Of a stretch of 64,000 bases of DNA, positions 8,274 to 17,939 are shown one piece after another (within the stretch, counting starts at the first letter, position 1; each line of letters starts with the position of its first letter). Position numbers and translations under genes: made by a program. This DNA comes from Chlamydiota bacterium (GTDB lineage: Bacteria > Chlamydiota > Chlamydiia > Chlamydiales > RGXB01): positions 1-64,000 of the forward strand of contig CANLTW010000007.1 in the NCBI GenBank assembly GCA_947494155.1, given 5' to 3'. The notes beneath the pieces are model-generated. The model worked only from the letters and a program-made list of their open reading frames with translations. It was not told the DNA's origin and did no database searches.

Positions 8274-9527
8274 ATGTGGCTAATTCTCTTTATACTTCTT
8301 CTTGTAGTTCTGATTGCCCTTTCCGGTTTTTTATCTGGTTCAGAAACGGCATTTTTCTCCCTATCATCATTAAAAGTGCATCTTTACGAAAGAGATCCCC
8401 ACCCAAAAAAGCGCCTAATTGCCGAACTCCTTAAAACGCCCCATCAGCTTTTAGTAAGCCTTCTGATCCTTAATATTGCAGTCAATATTCTGATCCAAAA
8501 CGTGGTGGCGAATGTTTTTGGTGGGGATGGCTCTTTTTTACTATCGGTGGGTGTACCGCTTGTACTGGTACTAGTTTTTGGGGAGATGATCCCTAAGGCG
8601 ATCGCTATTCGCTATAACAAAGAGGTTAGCCTTCGGGTGGTCTCCATCATCAACTTTTTCAAGATTATTTTGTCCCCGATTAGGTTTCTTTTATCGGGTG
8701 TTGCCCTTTTTGTAAGCAAAATCCTTTTTTGTTTTCTGCCGCGCGAAAAAGAGATTTCGGTCAAAGAATTGGAGACAGCTATCAAAAGCTCCAAAGAGTT
8801 AGGGGTAATCAGTCCCGATGAGATGCACCTAATGAGGGGTTATCTTGATCTGGATGACCATATTGTCAAAGAGTTGATGCGCTCGAGACACGAAATCATT
8901 GCTTATGACGTACAGTCTCCCATCGAGAACCTTTTAGAAACAATGATAAAAAAAGAGTGCTCCAAGATGCCTGTTTATGACGGCAGCTTAGAAAAAATCC
9001 TCGGATTCATCTTTTCAAGAGATCTTTTTTTGCATAACCGAGGGTTTCGCAAGGGTTATGATGTTGTTCCCCTTTTGAGAAAACCCTTTTATGTGCCTGA
9101 GTCGGTTTCGGCAAGGAATTTGATGCAACAGTTCCATTTTCGTAAAGAAGAGATCGCTATAGTCGTCGATGAGTATGGATCTGTCGCGGGACTGATAACA
9201 CTTGAGGATTTGATGGAGGTGGTGGTTGGGCCCATTCAAGATAAGATAGACCCTCCTAATCCTCTATTGGAATCTTCCCAAGACATTTTAATTTCGAACG
9301 GACTATTGGAGATTGTGGAGCTAGAAAATCGCTTCGAGGTGGATTTACATAGCCCGTCGAATATGGTCACAATCGGGGGCTGGCTCACCGAAAAACTCGG
9401 AGATATTCCTAAGGTAGGGGATCGAGTGATTGTCGAGCCTTTGCTTTTTCATGTTCTGGCGGCTGATGAAAAAATGGTGCATAAGGTCTATATCAGAAAA
9501 TTGCCCACAAGAGGGGAGGAGTCATGA
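8274..9527 (+). CDS. HlyC/CorC (CNNM-CBS-CorC) family protein
   Basis: SGSETAFFSL, FGEMIPK, IVVDEYGSVAGLITLED, TIGGWL. Confidence 0.93.
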   Translation: MWLILFILLLVVLIALSGFLSGSETAFFSLSSLKVHLYERDPHPKKRLIAELLKTPHQLLVSLLILNIAVNILIQNVVANVFGGDGSFLLSVGVPLVLVLVFGEMIPKAIAIRYNKEVSLRVVSIINFFKIILSPIRFLLSGVALFVSKILFCFLPREKEISVKELETAIKSSKELGVISPDEMHLMRGYLDLDDHIVKELMRSRHEIIAYDVQSPIENLLETMIKKECSKMPVYDGSLEKILGFIFSRDLFLHNRGFRKGYDVVPLLRKPFYVPESVSARNLMQQFHFRKEEIAIVVDEYGSVAGLITLEDLMEVVVGPIQDKIDPPNPLLESSQDILISNGLLEIVELENRFEVDLHSPSNMVTIGGWLTEKLGDIPKVGDRVIVEPLLFHVLAADEKMVHKVYIRKLPTRGEES

Positions 9528-10735
9528 ACATATTTTTAGTCTCCACGATTCTGTGTCTTGTGTTTCAGGCTTTTTTTGCGATGATGGAGATGTCCATTGT
9601 CTCTTTCAATCGGGTGAGGCTACAGTACTTTCTGGTTAAAGGGAGCAAAAAAGCAAACTGGATTAGCCGGCTCCTTTTAGATCCCACCCGTCTTTTTGCT
9701 ACAACGCTTTTTGGGGTAAATACTGCTTTACAGCTAGGCTCCGAGTGCTCGAGACGGGTCTATGCCTCTTATGGTCTGGATCCTGATCTTGCTCCGATAA
9801 CGCAAATTCTTTTTGTGTTGATTTTTGCCGAGTTGGCCCCTTTGTTTGCAGCGCGCAGACATCCCGAATCGGTAGCGATGCTAGGAATAGGGCCTCTCTA
9901 TTTTTTATCGATGATTATGCGCCCTATCACCTGGATGTTAGGAAAATTTCTTCAGTTAATCGATACTATTTTTGGAAAAGAAAAGGGGCATCCCCCTTTT
10001 ATCTCTAAGGAAGAGCTCCAAAAAGCGATCGAGTCCTTAGAGGAAAAGCATACGGTTAGCGAAAAAGAGGAGTTTAATCATCTGATTAATGCTATCTTTA
10101 GCCTCAAATCGAGGACGCCTAGGGACTTCATGACCCCAATCGATTTGGTGGAGATGATCCCCACCGGCACTAGAATTAAAGATATCAAAAGACTTATTCG
10201 TGATAAAAATATTGAACACTTGCCCGTTTATTACCATCAACGCAACTCGATTGTCGGAATAGTTAGTACCCGCAATCTTCTTAAATCGCACGACGATAGC
10301 CGTTGTGATCTATTCATGCAAGATGGCTGGTTTGTGTCAGAGAACGAGTCGGTTTTTAAGGTGATAGAGGGGTTTCGAAAAAACGGTCAACCTCTAGCTA
10401 TAGTGGTAGGAAGTACCGGCACGTCTGTTGGGGTAATCCATTTGGATCAGATTTTACAAGCGATGTTTTTGTCGGAGAAAGAGTTAGGATCACTAGGACA
10501 TATTCTTATCGATCGCTCATTTGATCCCTACACAGAGGTTTCTAAAATTAACCATGAGTTTGATTTGGATCTCCCTTTAGAATATGGGGATACTCTTATA
10601 GAGATGATGGAAGAAATTCTAAAGCATCATCCGCATAAAAATGAAACGGTAAGAATAAAAAATCTTGAACTTTCCTTCAAGGAGGGGGATTTACTCGATG
10701 ATTCTAGAGTGCACATCCGCACAATTCTTCCTTAA
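9524..10735 (+). CDS. Second CNNM-CBS domain protein
   Basis: FFAMMEMSIVSFNRVRL, FAELAPLFAARRHPE, CBS pair; ATGA overlap with the upstream paralog. Confidence 0.88.
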   Translation: MNIFLVSTILCLVFQAFFAMMEMSIVSFNRVRLQYFLVKGSKKANWISRLLLDPTRLFATTLFGVNTALQLGSECSRRVYASYGLDPDLAPITQILFVLIFAELAPLFAARRHPESVAMLGIGPLYFLSMIMRPITWMLGKFLQLIDTIFGKEKGHPPFISKEELQKAIESLEEKHTVSEKEEFNHLINAIFSLKSRTPRDFMTPIDLVEMIPTGTRIKDIKRLIRDKNIEHLPVYYHQRNSIVGIVSTRNLLKSHDDSRCDLFMQDGWFVSENESVFKVIEGFRKNGQPLAIVVGSTGTSVGVIHLDQILQAMFLSEKELGSLGHILIDRSFDPYTEVSKINHEFDLDLPLEYGDTLIEMMEEILKHHPHKNETVRIKNLELSFKEGDLLDDSRVHIRTILP

Positions 10736-11807
10736 TCAATGTCGCAGCCTGAAACATCTCCTCAAAAGTATTTTTACGGCTAACAGAAAAACGTAGACTC
10801 GAGCGGGCCCGATTTCTATCTAAACCCATTTCTAGCAAAACCCGTGATGGTTCAATGGAGCCGCTCGAACAGGCAGATCCCATGGAGGCCATAACCCCTT
10901 TTTGATCCAAACGGATCATTAGGCTCTCTGCATCGAAAGAGTCAAATGCGATGTTGAAGGTATTGGATATAGTTTTTTTAGACCCGTTCAAACGCCCGAA
11001 AGGGAGTAGCTCTTGTAAGAGACTATTCTTAAGGCTCTCCATATAGAGGAAGTGGGAGGGCTCAATCAGTTCAAGAGCCTTAGTCAATCCAAAGATTGCC
11101 GCTACATTTTCGGTTCCTGCCCGGTGATGCATCTCCTGATGACCCCCCAAAAGTAACGGCTTGAAGGGGAGGTTTTTCCTGCAAAAAAGGAGCCCTGCAC
11201 CCAGGGGGCCATGAAATTTATGTGCCGAGAGGGCAAAGGCACTGACTCCTCTAAATACACAGAAAGGGGCTTTGCCGATATGTGCAGTTGCGTCAATGAT
11301 CAGGGGGATGTTCTTATGGTAGAGAAACTCACTAATTCCCTCTAGATCCAGCATAGCCCCCGTTTCGCTGTAAACACTGGAGAGAACCACAAGCTCCACT
11401 TGGGGATGGAGGGCTTTTTCCAGGGACTCCAGGGAGGGAGCACCCTCCTCTTTTACGATAACAGTATCGACTTGAACCCCATGTGAGGGTAGCTCTTTTA
11501 AATGGGCGTCGATGGCGTTATGTTCGATCCTGGTAGATAAAATTCTTTTTATCCCCTTAGCTTTGATATGACCTAAAAGGATGGTCGATAAAGACTCCGT
11601 ACTCGAAGAGGTAAAATAGAGCTCGTTTGGAGATACTTGAAAAATAGCCGCTATTCTGTCCCTGCAATTTAAAATAATTTCTTTTGCTCTCTTACCTAGT
11701 CGGTGTATAGAAGAGGGGTTTAACGGGCCCATCGAATAGATTTGGCGCATCGCCTCTTCAACAAGAGAGTCCAGCGGGGTTGTGGCATTATTATCCAAGT
11801 AGATCAT
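10704..11807 (-). CDS. Cysteine desulfurase (NifS/IscS group I)
   Basis: IYLDNNATTP, SAHKFHGP, RAGTENV, SMGSACSS. Confidence 0.95.
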   Translation of the reverse strand: MIYLDNNATTPLDSLVEEAMRQIYSMGPLNPSSIHRLGKRAKEIILNCRDRIAAIFQVSPNELYFTSSSTESLSTILLGHIKAKGIKRILSTRIEHNAIDAHLKELPSHGVQVDTVIVKEEGAPSLESLEKALHPQVELVVLSSVYSETGAMLDLEGISEFLYHKNIPLIIDATAHIGKAPFCVFRGVSAFALSAHKFHGPLGAGLLFCRKNLPFKPLLLGGHQEMHHRAGTENVAAIFGLTKALELIEPSHFLYMESLKNSLLQELLPFGRLNGSKKTISNTFNIAFDSFDAESLMIRLDQKGVMASMGSACSSGSIEPSRVLLEMGLDRNRARSSLRFSVSRKNTFEEMFQAATLIKEELCGCAL

Positions 11808-11816
11808 AGCGTACCT

Positions 11817-11845
11817 ATTTTAGGGTTATGTACACTTAAAGACAA
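11817..11845 (-). promoter_or_regulatory. Sigma66-type promoter with near-leaderless geometry
   Basis: TTGTCT-N17-TAAAAT-N9-ATG. Confidence 0.55.
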
Positions 11846-11968
11846 AAAAAATAACCGGGGACCCCCTTTTATTTTCTGCAAAAAAACCAAAAGAGATTGT
11901 GAATTAAAAAATATAAAAAAAATTTCAACCTGCTATATTGTAGTTAATTTTTCAAATAAAGGTTAAAA

Positions 11969-12442
11969 ATGAAAAAGTTTTTTTTACTTTTGGTAACCGC
12001 TACTCTCTTTGGAGATATTTGCATCGACTCGACTCTATTTCGTCTTCCTCAATGGGAACAGGCCCTTAAAGAGATCACTCATCCCAATTTTTTTGCTGAA
12101 GGTGTCACTTTCCGATCTTTTAGAGACCCCCAGTCGCTAACCATAGTCTACCTAGCTGCAACGAATGGAACTATTTCTCCCCAGGAGTTGGCCGCCTACC
12201 CTCTTTTTTCTAAAAAGCATACCCTTGAAGAGGAGATTTTAACAGAGAAGGGGTGCATCCTATTTTTTAAAAAAGACCCACAAAAATGCTCTTGCAACTG
12301 TTGCAATCCCAACCCGATTACTGTAAGAATCGATTACCTTCCTCAAAGGACCGCTCTTGCTGTTGTGCTCCATCGATTGGAACAAAAAGAGGCGGTAAGA
12401 AATATTTTGGGATATCTCGAAATTGAAAACCATTTAAGTTAA
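11969..12442 (+). CDS. Hypothetical exported protein
   Basis: Signal-peptide-like MKKFFLLLVTATLFG; Cys cluster CSCNCC. Confidence 0.65.
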   Translation: MKKFFLLLVTATLFGDICIDSTLFRLPQWEQALKEITHPNFFAEGVTFRSFRDPQSLTIVYLAATNGTISPQELAAYPLFSKKHTLEEEILTEKGCILFFKKDPQKCSCNCCNPNPITVRIDYLPQRTALAVVLHRLEQKEAVRNILGYLEIENHLS

Positions 12443-12485
12443 AAATATCTTTTAATTTAACCCGAGATTTCTTTAAAATATTTTT

Positions 12486-12917
12486 GTGAAATCTTGGGTT
12501 ATTCTTTTTTTCTTTAGCTCACTGTTCGGAAAGATGGATGTGGGGGGAGTGTGTTTGGAAACCTGTCTTGAGCCCACCTTGTGGAAAAAAAATACAAGGG
12601 GGTCTGCCTATGTATTTGAAAAAAATTGGTCCCTTTTAGTGATGCGTAGGCTTGAGAATAGAGAAGAGGGGAAGAGGGTGCTAGAAAAACTGGAAAAAAA
12701 TTTGGCTCCACTCAAGTTTGCTAAGGTGAAAATGTCCACAGGCAAACTTTTACATGTCGGAAGCTATACCGATCCTTTTTTGTTTCCCTGGATTTTTGTT
12801 GCAAGAGTGATTGAATCCAAAAAAAAGCTTGTGCTGGCTTTGGCTCTTTTTCATGAAGAAAAAACAAGGCTCGATTTTTTCAGCCTTTTAGATCACCTGG
12901 AGATTCTGTCGGTGTAG
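12486..12917 (+). CDS. Hypothetical exported protein
   Basis: Signal-peptide-like MKSWVILFFFSSLFG; C-terminus resembles that of the previous ORF. Confidence 0.6.
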   Translation: MKSWVILFFFSSLFGKMDVGGVCLETCLEPTLWKKNTRGSAYVFEKNWSLLVMRRLENREEGKRVLEKLEKNLAPLKFAKVKMSTGKLLHVGSYTDPFLFPWIFVARVIESKKKLVLALALFHEEKTRLDFFSLLDHLEILSV

Positions 12918-13659
12918 TGATATTCAGCACAATCGCCGTAATATTATCACGCCCCCCTCGATTCAAAGCGGCATTTATTAATGCATGTGTGGCCTGTTTG
13001 GCATCGCTATTTTTTAATAAAAGGAGCTCCATCTCTTTGGTGGTGACATAATCGGTCAAACCATCTGAACAGACGATAAAGCGGTCAAGGGGGCAAATCT
13101 CGTCAGAGTGGATGCGAGCTTCACACTCCACAGTTGTTCCGATCGCTTGAGTAAGGTACCTTCTACGTATTTCACCCAGTTGATCCTCGTCGACACTCAC
13201 CTCATTAGCATGATCATTTGTCATAAGTGTAAGCACTCCGTTCCGATAGCGGTAGATACGGCTGTCCCCAACATGAAAGGCGGTAAATTGGTTTTGACGG
13301 ATCCAGAGAGAGGCGATGGTAGTGCCCATCCCTTTCTGCTCTGGACTTTTTAAAGAGGTTTCGTAGATGTGTTGCGAGGTCTCTTTAATGATGGAGCGTA
13401 TGGTGTTTTTCACCTCCTCCTGTTCCCCTTTCAGGGCAAGACGAACATGATCAATTTTATGAGCTATGGTCTCGACAGCCATGCGTGAAGCGACCTCCCC
13501 AGCATTATGCCCTCCAAGGCCATCGGCTACAATGAACAAATCCTGGAAGATAGCAAAATAATCCTCATTATTTTGCCTAAACAATCCTTTATCAGAGTGT
13601 CCAAAAGCGTTGAGATCAAAGCTTGCATCCATCATTAAGCTCAGATTAGAGGTCATCAT
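12880..13659 (-). CDS. PP2C-family Ser/Thr phosphatase (CT259/CppA-like)
   Basis: RQNNED, VADGLGGH, HVGDSRIY, CSDGL, GGRDNIT. Confidence 0.95.
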   Translation of the reverse strand: MMTSNLSLMMDASFDLNAFGHSDKGLFRQNNEDYFAIFQDLFIVADGLGGHNAGEVASRMAVETIAHKIDHVRLALKGEQEEVKNTIRSIIKETSQHIYETSLKSPEQKGMGTTIASLWIRQNQFTAFHVGDSRIYRYRNGVLTLMTNDHANEVSVDEDQLGEIRRRYLTQAIGTTVECEARIHSDEICPLDRFIVCSDGLTDYVTTKEMELLLLKNSDAKQATHALINAALNRGGRDNITAIVLNITTPTESPGDLKG

Positions 13660-13763
13660 TTTATTTTGTAAAGATCTTTTTTTAAAAAATCTTTTGTAAA
13701 GATGGAAATTTTGGAAGAATTCCTAGCAGACTACTCCATGTTCATCTGCTCTTAATTGTTCCT

Positions 13764-14546
13764 TTAACCTATGAAGAGTACCTGAACAAAAGTAAGGGTA
13801 TTCATCAAGGAGTGGTAAGTAATCGAGGCTACAAGGGAGCGTTGCCTCTCGTAAGCAAATCCTAGATACATTGATGAAATAAAGGTTGAGGCGAGAACAA
13901 TAATTTTTCCTGCTACTGTATCAATCGTAAAGAAATGGCAACTTGCAAAAAAAACGGAGGTGAGAAAAATAGCCCAAAAAGGGGAAAAAGTATTTTTCAA
14001 CCAGGTTTGGATATTAGCGCGGTACAAAAACTCCTCGAAAGCAGGGACCAAAACACAGATAAGTAAAAAGATAAACAGGAGCAAAGGGATGTTATCTCTA
14101 ATTTGGCTAATCATATCGACAATATACTGTCTCGGAACCTCCATCTGAAAATAGTAAGACAATATTATCTCGAGCGCATTCCCCACAAAAGAGAGCAAAG
14201 GGAGAGAGACGATGAAGAGGGTAAAACCTATAAGAACATCCCAAAGTAAAGAGGTTTTAGGCAACGTCTTTTGATCTTTTAATAAGGAAAAGAATTGCTC
14301 TTTATGTCCTAGGGCAAAATACATTAATAACACTATGAATGGTGCATACCAGGGGATTAAAGGGACCGAAAACATATAGCATAAGATAGTAATAAGGGTA
14401 AGGATACCCCCCCAAACCGGATAGAGTTGAATTTGATAGGTGATTTTTAAGAGGCTGAACAGATTTTTTTTGTAGCCTGCCCAATGGGTAAAAACAATAA
14501 GTAAAAAAAGAAAGAGCCCCTGGGCTAGATAATTTGCTTCGTCCAT
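13764..14546 (-). CDS. CPBP (CAAX protease/Abi) intramembrane protease, CT254-like
   Basis: PAFEEFLYR, FFASCH, HSLMN motifs; multiple TMs. Confidence 0.9.
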   Translation of the reverse strand: MDEANYLAQGLFLFLLIVFTHWAGYKKNLFSLLKITYQIQLYPVWGGILTLITILCYMFSVPLIPWYAPFIVLLMYFALGHKEQFFSLLKDQKTLPKTSLLWDVLIGFTLFIVSLPLLSFVGNALEIILSYYFQMEVPRQYIVDMISQIRDNIPLLLFIFLLICVLVPAFEEFLYRANIQTWLKNTFSPFWAIFLTSVFFASCHFFTIDTVAGKIIVLASTFISSMYLGFAYERQRSLVASITYHSLMNTLTFVQVLFIG

Positions 14547-14555
14547 GATTTTGTC

Positions 14556-15218
14556 CTACTTATATTTTGCTACAAGGATATATTCTTCGATCCGCTCAGC
14601 CAAAGCGTTACAAAAATCTGTATGCGCTATCCCCAAAGGGAGGACGGAAAATGAGGCTGAGCCCCAGGTATTGCTTCTATAATCAATTAAAGACAATGAG
14701 CCTAGAATATCTGTCTTTTTCTCAAATAACTCCTGAAGAATGATACGGGGGGTTTTACCTTTTATATCTATGATTCTTACCCGAATCGCCATGTCAAGCT
14801 TTTCAGTCAAAGAGAGCGTCTCAGAGGCTTTTTTGAGGTCATGTTTGATTAATTCCATGAAAACGACGTATTCGGATTGCAAGGGGAGATTATGCAGTAC
14901 TTCCAAATTCTGCAGAAAGGGTTTGTAATTTCTATCCTGGGATAGAAGGTAATTTACTAAAGGGTAATCCTGTACGAGATAGAGCTGGCGAGACTGCATG
15001 ATTTTTTGTTGAATTTGCGTTGAAAATTCTTCTGAAAGACTCCATGGTAGATCACTCATAGAAGAATCAAAAACGCCTAGCAAGCAGACAATAGGTTTTT
15101 TTCGCCCGTCATCGTGGTAAGCAGTTTGATCTTGAAAATGCATTTGTGAGCAGCTCAGTAAAAAAAGGGGGGTGACTCCTCTGAAGAAAAGGTAAAAATA
15201 TCGCCAGTACAAAAACAT
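14556..15218 (-). CDS. CT253-family lipoprotein
   Basis: Lipobox LLSC; DGRKKPIV, LPWSLSEEF, RIILQE; chlamydial synteny. Confidence 0.75.
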   Translation of the reverse strand: MFLYWRYFYLFFRGVTPLFLLSCSQMHFQDQTAYHDDGRKKPIVCLLGVFDSSMSDLPWSLSEEFSTQIQQKIMQSRQLYLVQDYPLVNYLLSQDRNYKPFLQNLEVLHNLPLQSEYVVFMELIKHDLKKASETLSLTEKLDMAIRVRIIDIKGKTPRIILQELFEKKTDILGSLSLIDYRSNTWGSASFSVLPLGIAHTDFCNALAERIEEYILVAKYK

Positions 15219-15297
15219 ATTTTTTACAATAACCGCTTGATAAAAATGTTTCCAACAAATTCCTCTTGTAACAGGATTTTAAGGGGAGGAAAAGAGT

Positions 15298-17070
15298 CTA
15301 ATGACGAAAATGGGTCCTGGCAATCAAAAGGGTGTTATGCTCAAGAATAAAGGGGTTTTCAGCTGTGGTTAAAAGAATTTCCCATTCCCCGTTATCCAGG
15401 GCTGGAAGCGAGATCTCGATAGGATCTTTCCAGCTATTTACAGCCACGAAAATAGATCCACTATCATCTGTTTTCGTAATCACGAATAGGTGGTCATTAT
15501 GTTGCAGTCCTAGTTCATCAGGATTCTGCCCACTAAATTGCACCAGGGCTAAAGGATTCGATAGGGGTGTTGTTTTGTAGATATGGATCAGTTTTTTGGT
15601 AAAATCTACAAAACTTGGATAGATTTGTCGATTCCATTCAAGGTAGCTAATACGGTTGTCTTGATTGAAGGGATTATTATTTCCGTAATGAGTGCTCAAA
15701 AATTCGTCGCCAGCATTCATAAGAATAGGACCGGTAAAACAAAAAAGCATGGCGTAGAGGGTCTCGGCTCGTCGGATCCTTTTTGTAAGAATTGCTTCAT
15801 TTTTGGTCTCCCCCTCAAAACCACAGTTAGAGCTAAAGTTTCCGTTGTGCCCATCCCGATTTTTGTAGCCATTGAAGAGGTTATGTTTTGTCTCGTAACT
15901 TACAAGATCATAAAGGGTGAATCCATCATGGCAGCTGATCATTTTTACTGCATTGGGGCTGTGAAAGTTTTCAAAAATCAATGGGATTTGCCCCTCATCC
16001 ATTTTGGCAAATCTGCGGATCGTATCCCGAATCTGATCATCCCAAACAAGACCATTTTTCGTTGGGAAATCTTTTAAACGATATCCTGCAGTATCCCAAG
16101 GTTCGTAAAATATTTTGATCTTTTTTTTGAAGAGATTTTCCAACTGGTGGATAAAGGGGGGGTCAGCGAGAATTTCTCCATTCTCATCCCGACAAAGAGC
16201 TAGCCCCAAATCGAAACGGATTCCATCTATATGGAATGTCTGGACAAATCTTTTGACCGCTTCAAGTAAAAGTAAAGTCATGATCGGATGATGGACGTTA
16301 AGGGTATTTCCACAGCCAGTGGCGTCATAGTTTTTAAGATAAAAATTCTCGCAAAAGGGGAATAGGGTGCTCTCCATGGAATCGGTATGGTTAAAAACTA
16401 GATCTAAATAGACCTCAATCCCTTTTTTATGCGCTTGCTCTACAAGCATTTTAAGACTTTTCACAGGGTCTCTATCTTGAGATAAATGAGGGGCTAGAGC
16501 CATAAAGTGGCGGGGCATGTATCCCCACAGTTGTGAGGGATGAAAAAGTGTTACTGGGAGAAGCTCTATTGCGTCAACCCCAAGCCACTGAAGATAGTCG
16601 AGCTTTTCAATAACACCTTCAAAGGTTCCCGGTGCCTGTACATTAGCGGAAGCATCCTTGGTAAAAGAGCGGACACACAGTTCATAGATTACGAGATTGT
16701 GCGTTGAATGAGAGGGGCGGCTCGAAAAAAAATGGAAAGGCTCCTCCACTTTGTAAAGGCTTTTCGTCCCTGTAGGATCAGTAAAGGGGGCAAAAGGATC
16801 CAAAAGATCACAAAAAAAATCTCCCCCCTTCAGAATGTTGTACACATAATGAAACGGGGGGGTCAATTCTTCAAAAAAGATGGTGTAGGTGTTCGGACGC
16901 ACAGGCGCTTTTTCCATCGGATATTCGATATCATTTAGGGAAAGGGTAATCTGCTCAATATTTTCTGCGTATACCAAGAAACGAAAGCCCCCAGCTTCCG
17001 GTATTACCCCGTAACCACAATTTTCGTGAAATTCTTGTTTCATCCTTAAATCTCTATTAATCAAAATCAT
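15298..17070 (-). CDS. glgX: Glycogen debranching enzyme (GH13)
   Basis: VIYEL, WGY, DLVFNHT, TGCGNT, DGIRFDL, EPWD, CHDGFTLYDLVSY, GNNN. Confidence 0.9.
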   Translation of the reverse strand: MILINRDLRMKQEFHENCGYGVIPEAGGFRFLVYAENIEQITLSLNDIEYPMEKAPVRPNTYTIFFEELTPPFHYVYNILKGGDFFCDLLDPFAPFTDPTGTKSLYKVEEPFHFFSSRPSHSTHNLVIYELCVRSFTKDASANVQAPGTFEGVIEKLDYLQWLGVDAIELLPVTLFHPSQLWGYMPRHFMALAPHLSQDRDPVKSLKMLVEQAHKKGIEVYLDLVFNHTDSMESTLFPFCENFYLKNYDATGCGNTLNVHHPIMTLLLLEAVKRFVQTFHIDGIRFDLGLALCRDENGEILADPPFIHQLENLFKKKIKIFYEPWDTAGYRLKDFPTKNGLVWDDQIRDTIRRFAKMDEGQIPLIFENFHSPNAVKMISCHDGFTLYDLVSYETKHNLFNGYKNRDGHNGNFSSNCGFEGETKNEAILTKRIRRAETLYAMLFCFTGPILMNAGDEFLSTHYGNNNPFNQDNRISYLEWNRQIYPSFVDFTKKLIHIYKTTPLSNPLALVQFSGQNPDELGLQHNDHLFVITKTDDSGSIFVAVNSWKDPIEISLPALDNGEWEILLTTAENPFILEHNTLLIARTHFRH

Positions 17071-17274
17071 TAGTTTTTTGCTAGGATAAAAAAAGAATTT
17101 TTGATAATAAAAAAATTAGGTTATTGAATTGTTTATAAGAGTCAATTGTTGCAAAATTGACGATTTAACATCGAAGTTTTGTAAACAATTTATTTTAAGT
17201 AAATTAAGTGTAAAAACAAAAGATGGGTACATCGCCGTTTAAATCAAGAATTTGTTAAAACAAGCAACAATTGT

Positions 17275-17304
17275 TTGATTTTCATAGATGGTTTGAGCTA
17301 TAGT
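17275..17304 (+). promoter_or_regulatory. Sigma66-type promoter of slc1
   Basis: TTGATT-N18-TATAGT; AAGGAGG RBS downstream. Confidence 0.5.
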
Positions 17305-17339
17305 CTCTGTATCCCAATCTCTTAAGGAGGACGACAGAC

Positions 17340-17882
17340 ATGTCTTTGGAAAACGCTACTGCAAATCTTAAGGAGTTCGGAAAAGAACTGAACCTCGAGG
17401 GGCTCGCTTTTGATGAAAACCACACCTGCATTCTTGGCATAGACAATGTTTTTTCATTACACTTAACGTATGAACCAAACTCTCAACGCCTATATCTTTA
17501 CGCTCCAATACTGGATGGACTTCCCAAAGATAAAGAGACCCTTTGTCTACTATACGAAGTACTTCTTGAGGGCTCGATGCTTGGTGGACAAATGGCAGGT
17601 GGCGGCGTTGGTGTTGCCGTAAAAGAAGAGCTCATCTTAATGCACGCTGTAATTGAAATGGTAGCTGCCGACACATCTAGTTTGAGAAGATTTGCTCCAG
17701 TTTTTGTAGAAGCTGTAGAAAAATGGCGAGATATCGCAAAAAGAATTTGCGAAGGTCGCTACGATGAGAAAAAAGAGCGAGAGGCTCTAAGACCCTATCA
17801 TCAAGGACCAGGAGCTTCAAATCAGCCCTCACCAGGTCAAGGACCACAGGGTAAGCCTGGAGACCTCTTTAAAAGAGTCTAG
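17340..17882 (+). CDS. slc1: Type III secretion chaperone, CesT family (CT043)
   Basis: AFDENHTCIL, SLHLTYE and LLEGSMLGGQMAGGGVGVA, which I recall as nearly identical to chlamydial CT043. Confidence 0.92.
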   Translation: MSLENATANLKEFGKELNLEGLAFDENHTCILGIDNVFSLHLTYEPNSQRLYLYAPILDGLPKDKETLCLLYEVLLEGSMLGGQMAGGGVGVAVKEELILMHAVIEMVAADTSSLRRFAPVFVEAVEKWRDIAKRICEGRYDEKKEREALRPYHQGPGASNQPSPGQGPQGKPGDLFKRV

Positions 17883-17905
17883 TACTTATTTTTTTCTTCC
17901 AATAA

Positions 17906-17939
17906 CAAAATGGTTCAGTTGAATAGCTGAACCATTTTG
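17906..17939 (+). terminator. Intrinsic terminator (possibly bidirectional)
   Basis: CAAAATGGTTCAGTT-GAAT-AGCTGAACCATTTTG. Confidence 0.8.
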
